A DNA stretch of 63,510 bases, filler included, from 10 parts of 10 records of this genome joined end to end with filler, not necessarily neighbours in it; one strand, 5' to 3'; positions 1-12,021 are shown, counted from the first letter of the whole stretch. The notes: generated by a model not told the origin, from the letters alone. Numbers and translations are program-made.

Positions 1-83
1 CCAAAGCGATCGCTGCAAACCTCAAGACATACTGCGATCCCAAGACACCCACCGGCAAAGCCCACCAGATCGAGTGCGAATGG
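1..83 (+). CDS. Partial exon of an unknown protein (…KAIAANLKTYCDPKTPTGKAHQIECEW) ending at a GTGAGT donor
   Basis: Open frame from the window edge to a consensus 5' splice site at 84; no downstream exon identified. Confidence 0.3.
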
Positions 84-535
84 GTGAGTGCACGCCCGGG
101 AGGGGAGAGCCGGAGAGGGCTTGAAAAATGTGCTTCTACGCACATTGTTCAGAAGGGGGGATGCAGGGATCCCCCACCTGGGATCGATGTGATGCTGATG
201 ACAATCGCCATGCTGCATTGCTCCCTGCCTAACCACTCCAGTTGAACCTCTAGGCTGGGTCTGTGGCCGCTACCGGGTTGTTGCCACAGACCCGGTAGCT
301 AGCCAACAAGTGAGATGTATAGAACTTTATAGCTATAAATGAAATAATGAAAATAAGAGAGTATCCGGGCGACTCCATGCCTCACGAGTGCGGCTGTTTG
401 CACGCCTCTAGTATAAGTAACGTCACGGTGTTGGCCTAGTGTTGGCCATACGGAAATCGCAGTATGAAGACTGGAGCCTAGCCGCGGAACCGGCCCAATC
501 ATCCGAAGGCACTCGTCTAAGCTCTTGAGACCGGT

Positions 536-2249
536 TCAAATATTGGCACACGAGAACTTCCGGAGCAAGATGGCCGCCTCCTCCTCTCCTGCGCCGGGCT
601 CAGCCCCCGCCGGCCGGTCCGGCACCGGGCTCGCGCTTGCTCCCGCCGCGCGATTCGGCGTGCGGCCGAATCTGCAGCCAGTGAGCCTGCGGGGCAGCTG
701 GTGGAGCACCTTCTTGGCGACATGCTGCCGCGAGACGGCGGCCGCCCGCTTGAGCTGGGTGCGCGGGCAGCCGCACGAGTTGGTGGTGGAGGTCCGGATC
801 GGGAACACAGTCTCGCCCTCTAGACCTGCCCCCCGTCTCAAGCTCCGTACCTGGAGGCTCTCTCCGCACCGGCAGGCGGCGGCTTGATCGGGACACAGAG
901 CATGCACACGCTCTTCGGGTGGGTCGGGTGGCCTGTCCGGCCGGCTGGCAGGCGGCTTGGGCCCGGTCGGCACTCAGAGAGCAGTATCCGGTCCGCTGAT
1001 CGTACCAGACCGTGCTCTGCTCTTCCTTGTCGGTTGCTGCCCGCAAGATAACCGGCAGACAACAGCCGGCGCACCGGTGAGCGTGGCCCTCGAGTAGTGC
1101 GGCGAAGCGTTGGGCTTCTTGAGCAGCAGCCTGGTCCGGGTTAGCACTGGCTGAGCCAACTGGTCTACCTGATCTTCTGGTCGTCTTGGCTACCGGACTG
1201 GTTGTGCAGCTTGAGGCAGTTGCAGCAAAGGCAGACGAACGCGTGCACGTGGAGCGGATCGGCTAGGAACGCGCGCAGGTCGGGCTTGCACGCCACGAGG
1301 TACAGCGAGTGAGCTTTCGGGATGACGTGTCGACGGCTTGTGCTCCCCTTGCTGTCAGATAGCGCCATCAACGAGCCTAGAGTGTGTCTAGTCGGCGTGT
1401 CTGCCGAGCGGTCAGCGACGCCAAGCCATTCGGATCCACCTGAGTCTTCGGTCGGAGAGTAGACAGCGAACTCTCCAAAGCTCCACGCTGCCATCGCTCG
1501 TCAGACCGGCCTCGCAGCCACTCACTGTAATACTCGTCCAGCGGCCGGAGACTGCCGTCGAAGTCGGCCCGTGCATAGTAGTCCTGCCCCGGCTCAGCCG
1601 GCCGGCCAGCCCGAAAGTGCCTTGGTTGCAAGCAGTTTGTCGTCAGAGGTTCGGTGCGCCAAGCATTGGCCGTCGTCAGAACCGGACCGGTTGGCGTTGG
1701 TGACAGGCTCGCAAATGGGCGGGCGGTCGTGCGGCGTGGTCGACAGGCTAGCCCACGGCCCTGGCCCTACAGGTGAGCTCATTCCCCAGTTGGGGCACCG
1801 CGGTTGGTCGCGGACGCGGAGGGCGATGGCGATAGCTCCAAGCCTAGGGTGCTTGCTTGGGGGACCGAGGGCGAGTCCCGGTTGGGGTTGTCCGCCATGT
1901 CGGTTCTGCCCCACCAAGCTCAGCCGGCTCGGCCCTGCTCGGCCGGAGCGCGCAGCTCGGCGAGGGGGGGGGGCACGCACCTGATCTCGGGAGGCGAAGG
2001 CGAGGTGGTGTCCCATTGGCCGGCGGCAACCTGCGGTCCGAGGTTGGGACTAGCCATCAAAACTACTCGGCGCGTCGGCAAGGCTAGTCGCGCCGGGCTG
2101 GGGGGTGGTGGGGGGCGCACCTGGGGTGTCTCTGAGGACCTGGCCGGCTGGGCGTCGTCGGCGGATTTGCTGGACAAGAAGAGCAAGCTCTCGAGCACAT
2201 GATCCGCGTCCTCGGGCTCGCGACGCGAATCGGCCGCCTTTTCCGCCAT
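536..2249 (-). CDS. Multi-exon hypothetical protein
   Basis: ATG 2249 (MAEKAADS…). ORF fragments 1920-2249, 1594-2016, 1377-1631, 1165-1494, 600-1046 and 536-973 can be joined via ~40-nt GT/GC-AG introns. No recognisable domain. Confidence 0.55.
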
Positions 2250-2637
2250 CCCGCGGTTAGCCTCGCATGATCAGCGGCGGGCTGCTCCCATGCGTGGATC
2301 GGGCCAGCGGCGTGTCCGTTACCAACAGATGTATTTTCACCCGTCCGTTAGTTTTGATCCGTTGAGCCTCACTGAGGTGTTCGGGTGTGCACCGAATCGA
2401 CGGGGTGGCCGCCGCCGCCCTGCATGGACCCTCCGAGAGGTCGCTCAATTGGATGCTGTGCTCGACCCTCTTATCATATGCTCTCGATCGTAGAACTTTG
2501 TACGTGTCATGGTACGTGTACGTGTAGTACACCGGCCTTGTCAGTCAGTTCTAACGGACAACAGTGAACTCCCGGGCTTTTTTCTTTGTCTCAACCACTG
2601 TGCAAGCCCGACACGGCGGGAAGCACACAAGCAAAGG

Positions 2638-4092
2638 ATGGAGTCGAGTGGGGATCGGTACGAGGACCGGCGGCCGACCCGTTGGGGATACAACTCACAC
2701 CTGGTCTCGCTTTCCAGCCGCAACCTGCGCGCCTCGTACGTCGGGCTGCAAGGCATCTCCGAGCGCCAGCCGGCCGCGGTCCGGTCCAACTGCGAGATCC
2801 CGCCGGTGTGCGGCGTGTTTTATTTTGAGGTCACCGTCCTGAGCGGGCCGGCCGCGGACGGATGCCTGAGCATCGGGCTGTGCACCACCCGCACCCCGCT
2901 CAACAGACTGCCGGGCCAGAGCTCCGGCTCGTTCGGATACCACTCCGAAGGGTGACCGCCCGCCCGCCCAGGCGCTCATCGGCCGCAGGCAGCACTTCTG
3001 CGGGACGGGGGGCGGCGTGCCGTTCGGACCTGGCTACGCGGCGGGCGACGTGGTCGGGTGGGCGGGGTGGGGCGGAGGGGTGCCGAGCGTGGGCAGGTGT
3101 ATCGTGAATCTGGTGGACCGGACGGTTTCGTACACCAAGAATGGGATTCTGATAGGGACCGCGCACGCCGGTCTGCCGATCGACGAGCCGCTCTACGCCA
3201 CGGCCGGGATGCGCAGCCCCGGCGAGTCCATAGAGGTCAGTCAATAGAGCTGCGTGGAGCTGAGCCGGGTGGCAGGTTAACTTTGAAGGCGGGTTCCTGT
3301 TCGAAATAGACACGTTAGTCCAAGAGGCCCGGGGCACCCTGGACCGGCAGATCCGGCTGGTGAGCTGCGAGGGCAAGACGGCCGCCCGGCTGGTTCTGGA
3401 ACACTTGCAGCACCATGGGCACCTGGCCGCTGCGGAGGCGTTCGCCAAGGCGGCCGGGCTGGCCGATCTTCCCGGTGCCAGCCGGGTCGGGCGGGGGCTG
3501 AGCGTTGGGACAGAGGAGCAAGTGCAGCTGGTGCTGACCCGGGAGAGGCTGGTGCAGCTGGTGCTCAAGGGCGAGCTGGAGCTGGCGGCCGAGCAGACCG
3601 AGCAGCTGTTCCCCACGCTGCTAGAGGCCAGTCCAGGGCTAGAGTTCGAGATAAAGTGCCAGCAGTTCATAGAGATGGTGCCCCGGGCAAGCGCCGGGCC
3701 CGACCCGGGGTGCAGATTCGGGCCAAAGCAAGCACGCTGGAGCTCACGATGTTTGCTCGAGAGCAAATCAATCAGGAGAACGCCGACCAAGCCCAGCTGC
3801 AGCAGGCCAGTGGGCGATAGCCCGCCCGGTGAGGCTGGGGCAGGTACTCTCGCTGCTGGCGTACGAGAACCCGGCCGAGAGTCCGGTAGCCCACTTGATG
3901 AGCGAGCAACAACGGAGCAAGCTGGCAGCCAGGCTAGACGGGGCGATCCTCAGGCTGCTCAACAAGCCGAGCGAATCCAAGCTGGCCACAGTCTGCCGAC
4001 ACGCAGTGGTGGTGCACCAAGAATTATTGCAATGCGAAGTGCCCGGCGCTAGTCTGCTAGAACTAGGGATCGAGGTCAACGATAGTAAATGA
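2638..4092 (+). CDS. RanBPM/RanBP10 (GID1)-like CTLH-complex subunit (SPRY-LisH-CTLH-CRA), 7 exons
   Basis: SPRY motifs FYFEV, LNRLPG, GYHSEG, GDVVGC, YTKNG; LisH LVLEHLQHHGHLAAAEAF; CTLH FEIKCQQFIEM; CRA SLLAYENP. Introns include 2952-2988 (GT-AG) and 3806-3843 (GC-AG). Confidence 0.9.
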
Positions 4093-4617
4093 GCGAGCAC
4101 TGAATTTACGAGTCAGTCATGACGAGTAAGTAATTATAAGTACGTATACTGCGGACGGTATACTGACTGAGCTACTAAGGGCTCCCGCCTAGCCGGCCGG
4201 GCTAGACTGATCTTGACAGCCGGTTAGTACGAGACGTCAGCTGGGCTGAGCTCTCCTGAGAGCCGAGAGCCGATCTTTACCGATCTTGCTGATCGGACCC
4301 TCACAGCTGCCGCCAACCAAAACGCTCGTCCGGACATTACATGTATCATCGATGGAATTATTTCATCGCGCGTTGCCGTTTATTAAATTAAATGTTGGTG
4401 TTCACGACATAACCCCACTCTCAGTGCATGTGCCGCCTGAGTGCTCATGTTTAGCGGCGCATTCAATTCGACGCTCGCAGTCTGGCCGCCGACATTGTTG
4501 AACATCGACGTAATTCTTTGTACGAGTGCATGATTGTATGTATGATTGACCAGTGCTTAAATCAAGCTTCAAGTAACTTGAGGTTGTGCGGCTGCTTCAA
4601 TATTGTAGATAATAACA

Positions 4618-7315
4618 TCAACGCTTGATTTTGGGGAGGCGCCACAGGCCAACTGACATGTCGCCCTCGGCGGCAGCAGCTAGCACATACTTGCCATCGG
4701 CTACCGGCCTCCAGGCTATGCCGTGTGGCTTGTCACTCAATCCGAGCAGCACAGCCTTCTGTACTGAGAGCTCCATCTCTCGCATCTGCTGCTGCCACGA
4801 GGCTCGCTCCTCTGTCGTGCTCTCGTGCTGTACAACCTCCCACTGCTTCTGGATCGAGTCTATCACCTGGTCGAGCTCGACTGCCTCGCTTGGACTCCAA
4901 ATCCGCACCGTGTTGTCCAGCCCCGCCGAGGCCAGGAACCGGTCGTCCCCGCTGAACCTTAGCTGGGTCACAGCCGCTCCGTGCCCCCCGACCAGCTTCC
5001 GGATCAGCTCGAATGATTTGTCGTACAGCAGCACGCTGTCGTCCCGGCCGCCCACCGCGAGCATGGAACCGTCCGAGTTGAAAGCCACCGCGTACGCGCT
5101 TGGGAGCAGCCCCGGCCTGGGCGGGCTGAGCTGCCACTGGGCCAGCTCCGTCACTTGGCCGCCGCTCTCGAGCGCCGCGCCAAAGTCGACCACCCACAGC
5201 TGGCCGTCCAAGCAGCTGGCCGCGAGCACCGGCTGGTCCGCCCGCCAGGCCAGATTCGAGAGCGAGGCCCGCCCGAGCTGGTGGCTCACTATCGGCTCGA
5301 GTGCACCGTCCTCCAGTCTACAGAGCACGATTGTCCTGTCCCTCGAGCAGCTGGCGAGCAGCTTGCCATCCGCGCTCCATTCTATTTGGTTTATAGAGTC
5401 GGTGTGCGGCGTGGCCTTGGCTGCGTCGGCCAGCGCAGCCTGATGCAGCTCGCTCACTGAGCGTTTGAGCAACGTTTGCTGGTCGATCCGCTCGCTCTGA
5501 AGCTGTTCGAACACTGTGTTCAGCTCCATCTTCCTCTCGGGCACCGCTGTGTCGTATTCAGCCTGTGCCCCCCGTCAGAGCCCTCCAGCCACCCGGCCGC
5601 TGCCTGCATCGGGAAGAAAGCCTGTGCGAACTGGGTCTCCATCTTCTCGAGCTGCCCGAGCACCTCCGCCACCCTCCGGCCGGTCTCATCCAGTCTGCCT
5701 CCGTCCAGCACCAGCACGCTCCCGTCACAGCACCCGACTGCCACCTGTCCTGTGCCTGACCAGCTCACCTGCCTCCGCTGGCCGCCAGCCGCCCCGGCCC
5801 GGGCGCCTTATTCGGCTTTGCGAGCGCGAGCGAGAGCAGATTGGCCGGCTGTTCGGTGCTAAAGTCCCACAGCTGGAGCGAGTTGTCCTTGGGTGAGACA
5901 GAGACCAGCCGCGAGCTGTCGGAGTTGAAGCTAAGGTCAGTAGCTCCAGCCCCGTGCTCGTGCCCCTCCGGCCGCGGCTGCACCTCGACCGCCTGCTCCG
6001 GGTGGTCCGACACGTAGTGCGGCTGGTCCGGTCGGTGCTTTAGTGTGTTGCCCACCACCCGGCTCATCGGCACCTGCTTCAGCTGGCCTTGGCTCCGCTG
6101 CGCCGCCGCCTGCCGACCGCTCGCCCGGGCGGAGGGCAGGCCGGGCACCGCACTGGCCGCCGAGAAGACATGAAGACACATGCTCAGGTCCGGCTCAATG
6201 CAGACGATCGCCGCGTAGTTGGCTAACCGGCCGCAGTAGTTGGGCGCAGAGAACACAGTGAGCACCTTCCGCAGGCTCGCGCCCGACCGGCGGGGGGTTG
6301 TACCCTGCCGTTGTGCTGCATCCGGTAGCCGTCTTGGCAGAGCTGGTGCGCCCTGATGATCATTGAGAGCTGGTTCCTGTCAAGGAAGTCGTCTGTTATG
6401 TCCGGCCCCCAGGTGATCCCAGCCCCCCGCTCCGAGACCACCATCCCCTCCGGCTCCTGCACAATCGCTCGCCTAGCTCCGGCCCAAATCCTGGATATAC
6501 TATACTATACTATGCTATGCTATGCTATACTGGTATACTATGCTAACTACACTACCTGCGGGTCGCTCCAGAGCAAATCCTGAAAGCAGCTGTCTTGGAC
6601 CGGCTCGAGCATCTTGCTCAGCTGGCGGAGCGCCGGCACGGTCAGCCGGCCCGCGTCCTTGGGCAGCCCGCCATGCACAACGAAGATCTTTTTGTGCACG
6701 ATCGCCCATACAGGCAGCAGCGAGAAGCAAGTGTTGAACCGGAGCCGCAGGTTTGGCTCGGACGGGTACTTTATGCGGAGCTCCTCGTCAAACCCGTAGT
6801 ACTCGTTGATCGTGCACACCTCGTGATTCCCCCGCAGCAGGTGCACCCACTCCGGGTAGAGCGCCTGGCCCCACCGCTTACCCCCGAGCTGACCGGCCGG
6901 CCGCCTTCCATGCGCAGAGCAGCAAAAAGACCTCGGCGCCGTACTTGCCCCGGTCAACAAAGTCCCCGTCGAACAAGTAACGGTTGCTCTCCGAAGGCTC
7001 CCCGTTGAAGCTGAAAATCCGGAGCAAATCGTACAGCTGCCCGTGGATGTCCCCCACCACGGTCAGCCGGGTGCCCGGCGGGATGTCGAGCTCGATCCCG
7101 ACCGGCAGGCCGCTCAGCTGTTGGCGCATCATCCCGAGCAGCCGGTCGACCTCCTTGGGAGCCAGCACCGAGCCCTGCGCCCGCTGAAACTGAGCCGTCA
7201 GGTCCCGGACCCGCCCGAGCGTGAGCGGGCCGGGCCCGACGGCCCACTCGCCGTACCGGGCGAGCGGCGAGTGCTCCCCAAAGTAGCCCGGCGGGTGCCC
7301 CGGCTGGTTCCCCAT
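4618..7315 (-). CDS. PPP-family Ser/Thr phosphatase (PP5/PPEF-like catalytic domain) fused to C-terminal WD40 repeats
   Basis: GDIHGQ, GDFVDRG, LRGNHE, VHGG, DLLWSDP, IRAHQ, TVFSAPNYC. ORF 5765-6265 runs without a stop from SAPNYC into the first WD40 repeat (GHEHGA…LQLWD). More WD40 repeats in 4618-5768. Confidence 0.85.
6457..6555 (-). repeat. 99-nt intron with an AT-rich (TATAG/CATAG)n microsatellite in its 5' part
   Basis: Joins DLLWSDPQ|EPEGM; GTAGTG donor, TGCAG acceptor; pentamer repeats at ~6495-6550. Confidence 0.75.
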
Positions 7316-7652
7316 CCCGCGCCGCGCCCGCTGCGCTTCCCACGGGCTCGGTCCTGCCCGAGTCGCGCAATGATTTTGAGGGGTGCTCGCAGCTGCAATT
7401 CTGCGACATGCACGGATGGCTATGCGCGTCTCCTCGGTGTGCGGGACTGCGGGTGCTGTAGAGACGGGCCACCAGCAGACAGGTGCACACGATTATACTG
7501 GCCCACGAGCTGCCCGGCCGCCCTTCCCCAGTCAACCCACAACCCCGCGCTATCCCTGCCGAGGCCCCAAAGTGCTGCATCGGCAACAGCTCCCCTCACA
7601 GTGGCCTGACTCAGGCTGTCTGCGTGAGTTCATAAATCTTGAGCCTATCTCA

Positions 7653-8423
7653 ATGGCGCACCGGCTGCTCTTTGCGCTGCTGGCGCTTGCGGCGGTCGGG
7701 CTGGGGGCGAACGTGCAGATGCTGGAGGCCGAGGGCACGCCGGCACCGGCTCCCGCGGCGGCCGGGACCCCTGTCTCGGCGCCTGGCCAGGTGACGCTTC
7801 CGGCGCTGGACGAGGAAATAAAGCGGGCCAAGGCCAGCGAGAAGGAGATCGGCGGCAAGGTCGAGACGGAGGCCACAGCCCGGAGCGGCGAGGACCAGGC
7901 GCTCACCAAGGCGATCGAGGACACCAAAAAGATGCTCGCCAACGAAGTGACCGCCCGGGACAAGCTCGCCAACGACACGTCGCAGCAGAGCAAATCGCTG
8001 TTAGAATCGATGCAGAAGTCGGCGACCGACAGCGAGAACGCGGACACGGCGATGAAGGCCAAGCTGGAGGACATGAAGAAGCAAATCGCGGCCGAGGCCA
8101 CAGCACGGGAGGACGCGGACGCCAAGCTGAAGCAGGGGGTGAAGGGCGATGTGGCAAAGAGCACAGTCAGCCTTCAGAACCTGGAGACTCAGATCAACGA
8201 ACATCGGACCGGCGAGACTAAAAAGCTGGAGAAGCGGGACCAAGGGATGGTGGCCTCGGTGACTGCGATCAAGGACGGGCTGCAGCGTGAGCAGAACGAT
8301 AGGGTTGCTGTATTCAAGGAGCAAGCCGAGATGATTACTGCGCTCAAAACCAAAGTGCAGGACTTAGCGGGCAAGCTCAATCGGATGGCAGTGGCGAGCA
8401 ACGCCGGCAGCCCCAAGCCGTGA
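7653..8423 (+). CDS. Secreted coiled-coil protein, intronless
   Basis: Signal peptide MAHRLLFALLALAAVGLG; heptad-rich K/E/A body with repeated ExTAR motifs. Confidence 0.8.
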   Translation: MAHRLLFALLALAAVGLGANVQMLEAEGTPAPAPAAAGTPVSAPGQVTLPALDEEIKRAKASEKEIGGKVETEATARSGEDQALTKAIEDTKKMLANEVTARDKLANDTSQQSKSLLESMQKSATDSENADTAMKAKLEDMKKQIAAEATAREDADAKLKQGVKGDVAKSTVSLQNLETQINEHRTGETKKLEKRDQGMVASVTAIKDGLQREQNDRVAVFKEQAEMITALKTKVQDLAGKLNRMAVASNAGSPKP

Positions 8424-8726
8424 AGCTACTAACACGCCAACATTCATAACCAATCATGATGAGTGTGCGTTCGAATATTTATTTATGATTGCACCTAGAA
8501 TTTACTAAACTGGGATTCATTCCATATTTTCTCCAGCCTATCTAACGCGCCATCTCTATTGTCTACGCAGCCACATACATCGTATAGTGCACACGGCGCG
8601 GTCTGATGCCGATTGATGAGCTGCTCAAATCGACAACAACGGATTGATCTCTCATGACGGTAGGGCCGAGCCAAGCGTGGGCAACCGGGCGGGCAGACTG
8701 CAACCGGAGATGATCTCGGGCGGAAA

Positions 8727-9413
8727 ATGGGCTGCTGCGAGAAGATGGCCGCCATGCAGCTCTGGATCAGCTGCTTGTTGCTGTTCCTGGCCGGCGGCGT
8801 CATGATGGTGCGCTCGCGGCGGGCCGGGCGAGCCGGGGCAGGTCTATGGGATCATCATCATGGTCAAGGTGGTCTCCTGGTTCTCGGTCATGATCTTCTC
8901 GTGCGGGGCCTACATGGCTCTACTCGCCCTCTTCGGCATGTGCTGCGGCACCAAGGCAAAACAGCCTGGCGGGGGCGGGGCAGAGGGCGGGGCAGAGGGA
9001 TGCCAACAGCCGGCTCTCGTGCTTCATGGTGCTGCTGGCGCTGGCGGTGATCGCGCAGGTGGTGCTGGCCGTCTGGTACGCGGCCGACCCCGACGTCCTG
9101 GCGGGGGAGGCTGACCAGTCAGCCAAAGACTATGTGAACGACCACAGGACGGGAGTGACGATCGTGCTGTGGGTCATCCTGGGGATGGAAGTACTGGCCT
9201 TCTTCTCGGCCTGCTGCAAGCAGAGCCGGGCCATGTCGCGCTCGCTCGAGGAGCCGTTGCTGTCCGAGGTGGAGGAGGTGCCCCTCTCTCAAGCCAAGCT
9301 GCAGGAGAGGTATGGAGGCAACATCCAGGTGACACTCGCCTGAAGGCCCGGGTGCTGATATGCCGTCGGTGCAGAAATACAGCGCGGACGGCGGCCGTGT
9401 GGGGAACGTATGA
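8727..9413 (+). CDS. Four-TM tetraspanin/TOM2A-like membrane protein, 4 exons
   Basis: Four hydrophobic segments and Cys pairs near the TMs; GC-AG intron 8956-8995; last exon KYSADGGRVGNV* ends at 9413. Confidence 0.7.
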
Positions 9414-9659
9414 CGCCGCGCTAGTTGATTCAAGCCACCTAGTTGGCTATGCTGCGCGAGTATCAATTGACGAATTGAACTACGAGTACGTACCGGTACA
9501 ATCATGACGATTGTATTGTATTGAACAAGTTCACACATCGGGACCGCAAGACGACCTTGTTTATAGACTCGAATCTCATTATATTATTATCCGATATTTA
9601 ACATGTTACAAAAAGAAATCTCTACACCCATAGATCTAATTCTTGCATTTTAGCGTTAG

Positions 9660-9808
9660 CTACTGGCCGATGGGTCTGTTGCTAAACCAATTGTAGTTGT
9701 CTAGTCTGGTCACCTTGGCATCGTTGTACCCGCACAGGAACACGCCAAGCCCCGGATGAACCGCCACTCCGTACGAATAATCCTTCAGCCCAAATTGCCA
9801 GCCAGCCT
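9660..9808 (-). CDS. 3' end of a gene truncated by the contig edge (…YSYGVAVHPGLGVFLCGYNDAKVTRLDNYNWFSNRPIGQ*), beta-propeller-blade-like
   Basis: Open frame from the contig end to TAG at 9660-9662. Confidence 0.45.
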
Positions 9809-9908
9809 NNNNNNNNNNNNNNNNNNNNNNNNNNNNNNNNNNNNNNNNNNNNTTAATTAATTAANNNNNNNNNNNNNNNNNNNNNNNNNNNNNNNNNNNN
9901 NNNNNNNN
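9809..9908. other. Artificial contig linker N44-TTAATTAATTAA-N44
   Basis: Identical 100-nt spacer with stops in all six frames, present 9 times in the window. Confidence 0.98.
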
Positions 9909-10507
9909 GGCCTAACCTTGAGATTCTCGTGGTGCTCCTTTATGCGCCCACTGTCGCTCCGCTGCCATTTAACCCCGTCGCTCCGCCACTTCTTGGTCAC
10001 CGCCTGCAGCCGCTCGCCTGACCCTGCCGCAGCTGCACCTTGTTGAAGAGGTAAAGCTGGCCGCTCTGCGGCTGCTGGGTCGGCACCGTCGAGATGACCA
10101 CCTGTGGGCGCTCGGCAACGGCAATCGGGTGGGGGAAGTCACCCCGGGCTGCTGCGAGTGGCGCAGGAGCTGCTCGATGCCCTCATTCGACAGCCAGGCC
10201 TGCTCGGCGTCCCAAATCAGCGCGGAGAGACCAGGGAAATTGGCAAACATCTGGCCACTCAGCGGGCAGCACAGTTCCTCTGCTGGAGAAGGCTCGAGCT
10301 GGGCCTGCCGCGTCGGCTGAATGCACCCCCGCCGGCCGGGCCCGCCTGGGGTGGCAGCGGTGGCCTGGCGTTGAGCGGCGGGTGGAACAGCGAAGCGTCC
10401 AGGGGGTGTGCGCTGAAGGCGGGTGGCCGGTCCATGGGGGAGAGCTCGGCCAGCTCGTCGAAGACATGGTTGTCCAGTGCAAATTCCACCTCCGGGAGCT
10501 CGGCCAT
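9909..10507 (-). CDS. CG-1 DNA-binding domain protein (CAMTA-like), 5' part, truncated at the contig end
   Basis: Spliced product AEQAWLSNEGIEQLL…PQSGQLYLFNK…KKWRSDGVKWQRSDSGRIKEHHENLKV matches the CG-1 pattern WL..EI…SGSL.LF…F/WRKDG..W….E.H..LKV. Confidence 0.8.
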
Positions 10508-10595
10508 CCCGGCTGGTCGAGAGGTCAATGCACGCCCTGGACCCGGAACCTGAGCGCGACCTCACCTTTGCTGATCAGATCGCCGTTGGAGGCCG

Positions 10596-11792
10596 TTGCC
10601 GCGTGGAGCTCGGAATCCGCGAGTGAGGAGCGAACAGGGCGCGAGACTGGGGGCCTGCTGCTGCGCGGCCAAGCACGGCCAGGGGCCGGGCGAGCTCCGG
10701 CGGCCGATCCATCGCGAGAGCGAGAGGCACGCCCGTTGGTTCCAGGGGCAGGGCCCGACCGAAGCTCGCCCGGCGGGGACTACTCAGTTTGTAGTGACCG
10801 GCGACGGGGGCAGCCCTTCCAGCGAGCCGTCCGGCCCGCCGGAGTCATGCGTGGCCTCCGTGGCGTTGCAAGTGGTGCTCGAGATCTGCAACGCCAAGCG
10901 GCTCTTCTTCAGCAGCGTGGCCTTCGTCATGCGTGACCGGGACGGCCTGTTGTTCCAGAGGCTGCGGGAGGACCAGACCAACGAGCCTTACCTCCGGATG
11001 TCTTCACACCTCAAGTCGAGCCGGTTCAAACAGCAGCCGGCGCAGTACGGCACGGACATACCCCCGCTAACGGTCACTGTAGAGTCGGCGCGGACCAGCG
11101 CGGCAGCACACCCGGAGCCTCTTGCGGAGAGTGTTTTCCAGCACGTTTTATTCAGCCAATTCGAGATGCTCGGGGAGCCGATGCTCTTCCTTAAGCCGGA
11201 GCGGCACGGGCTGCGCGGGGCCTATTCGTTCCTCATGCATGCCGTGGACTATGTAAGCACTCGTAGGTTTGGCATGTCGGAGTCCGCAGTCCGCGACACA
11301 ACGCTCCACCGAAAGGAGCACGTGCCTGACGAATTTCGAGATAAATTCCGCGGGGTCTGTGAGCAGTACGGGCTCGAGCCGAACCGAACACTGCACGATC
11401 AGGGCGTGTCTGCAATGGCGGAGTTCCTTGAAGCAGAGGCGGGGCTCGATGCTCGGGAGAGCTTTTGTGGGTTTGTGGGGACCGAGCTGGGCGTGGAGCC
11501 GAGTGACGAGGACGGGTTCCGTTACCGGCTCGGGGAGGAGGTTTACATGACGCAGCACGAGACGGATATGGTGCTGGCCGCGATCGATTGCTCTCAACGG
11601 GGCTTTGAGCGACTGAGTGGCACGGCACGTGCACGCTGGATGATTGCGTTAGCGGCGGATAGTAGGTGCCATATATCGCTGGGAGATTCGACGAGGTCGA
11701 GCAGCTCGCGACGCCGAACCCGGGGTCGATTAACTGAATTAAGAGGTAAGCCGCTGGAGGTGCAGCACCTTGTGGCTTACGATGATCTTTGA
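10596..11792 (+). CDS. Hypothetical protein, intronless core; start uncertain (first in-frame ATG 10929)
   Basis: 398-codon ORF with globular-protein composition, followed by an AT-rich 3' tract. Confidence 0.7.
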   Translation: MPRGARNPRVRSEQGARLGACCCAAKHGQGPGELRRPIHRESERHARWFQGQGPTEARPAGTTQFVVTGDGGSPSSEPSGPPESCVASVALQVVLEICNAKRLFFSSVAFVMRDRDGLLFQRLREDQTNEPYLRMSSHLKSSRFKQQPAQYGTDIPPLTVTVESARTSAAAHPEPLAESVFQHVLFSQFEMLGEPMLFLKPERHGLRGAYSFLMHAVDYVSTRRFGMSESAVRDTTLHRKEHVPDEFRDKFRGVCEQYGLEPNRTLHDQGVSAMAEFLEAEAGLDARESFCGFVGTELGVEPSDEDGFRYRLGEEVYMTQHETDMVLAAIDCSQRGFERLSGTARARWMIALAADSRCHISLGDSTRSSSSRRRTRGRLTELRGKPLEVQHLVAYDDL

Positions 11793-12021
11793 CGCTCTCT
11801 ATCCTGAGTTCTACGTACATGTATAAATGAATTATGCTGGTATCATGTTAACTAGATCGATCACAATGTCATAACTGGTCCGTCGCTATAAGATGTACTT
11901 GGCTACTTGTATGAATGAACGAACTATCTGCACTACTATCTCAATCTGCATTGCTACCTGCACTATCTAAACTCTAGCTACAATATAAAGGTACTCAGTT
12001 GTCGTGCACATGGTTGCACTG

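Noticed and set aside
4180-4300. GC-richer patch with a small hairpin (CTAGCC…GGCTAG) in an intergenic region, as an ncRNA or MITE
   Set aside because: The stem is too short, there is no second copy in the window, and it has no tRNA/snRNA hallmarks
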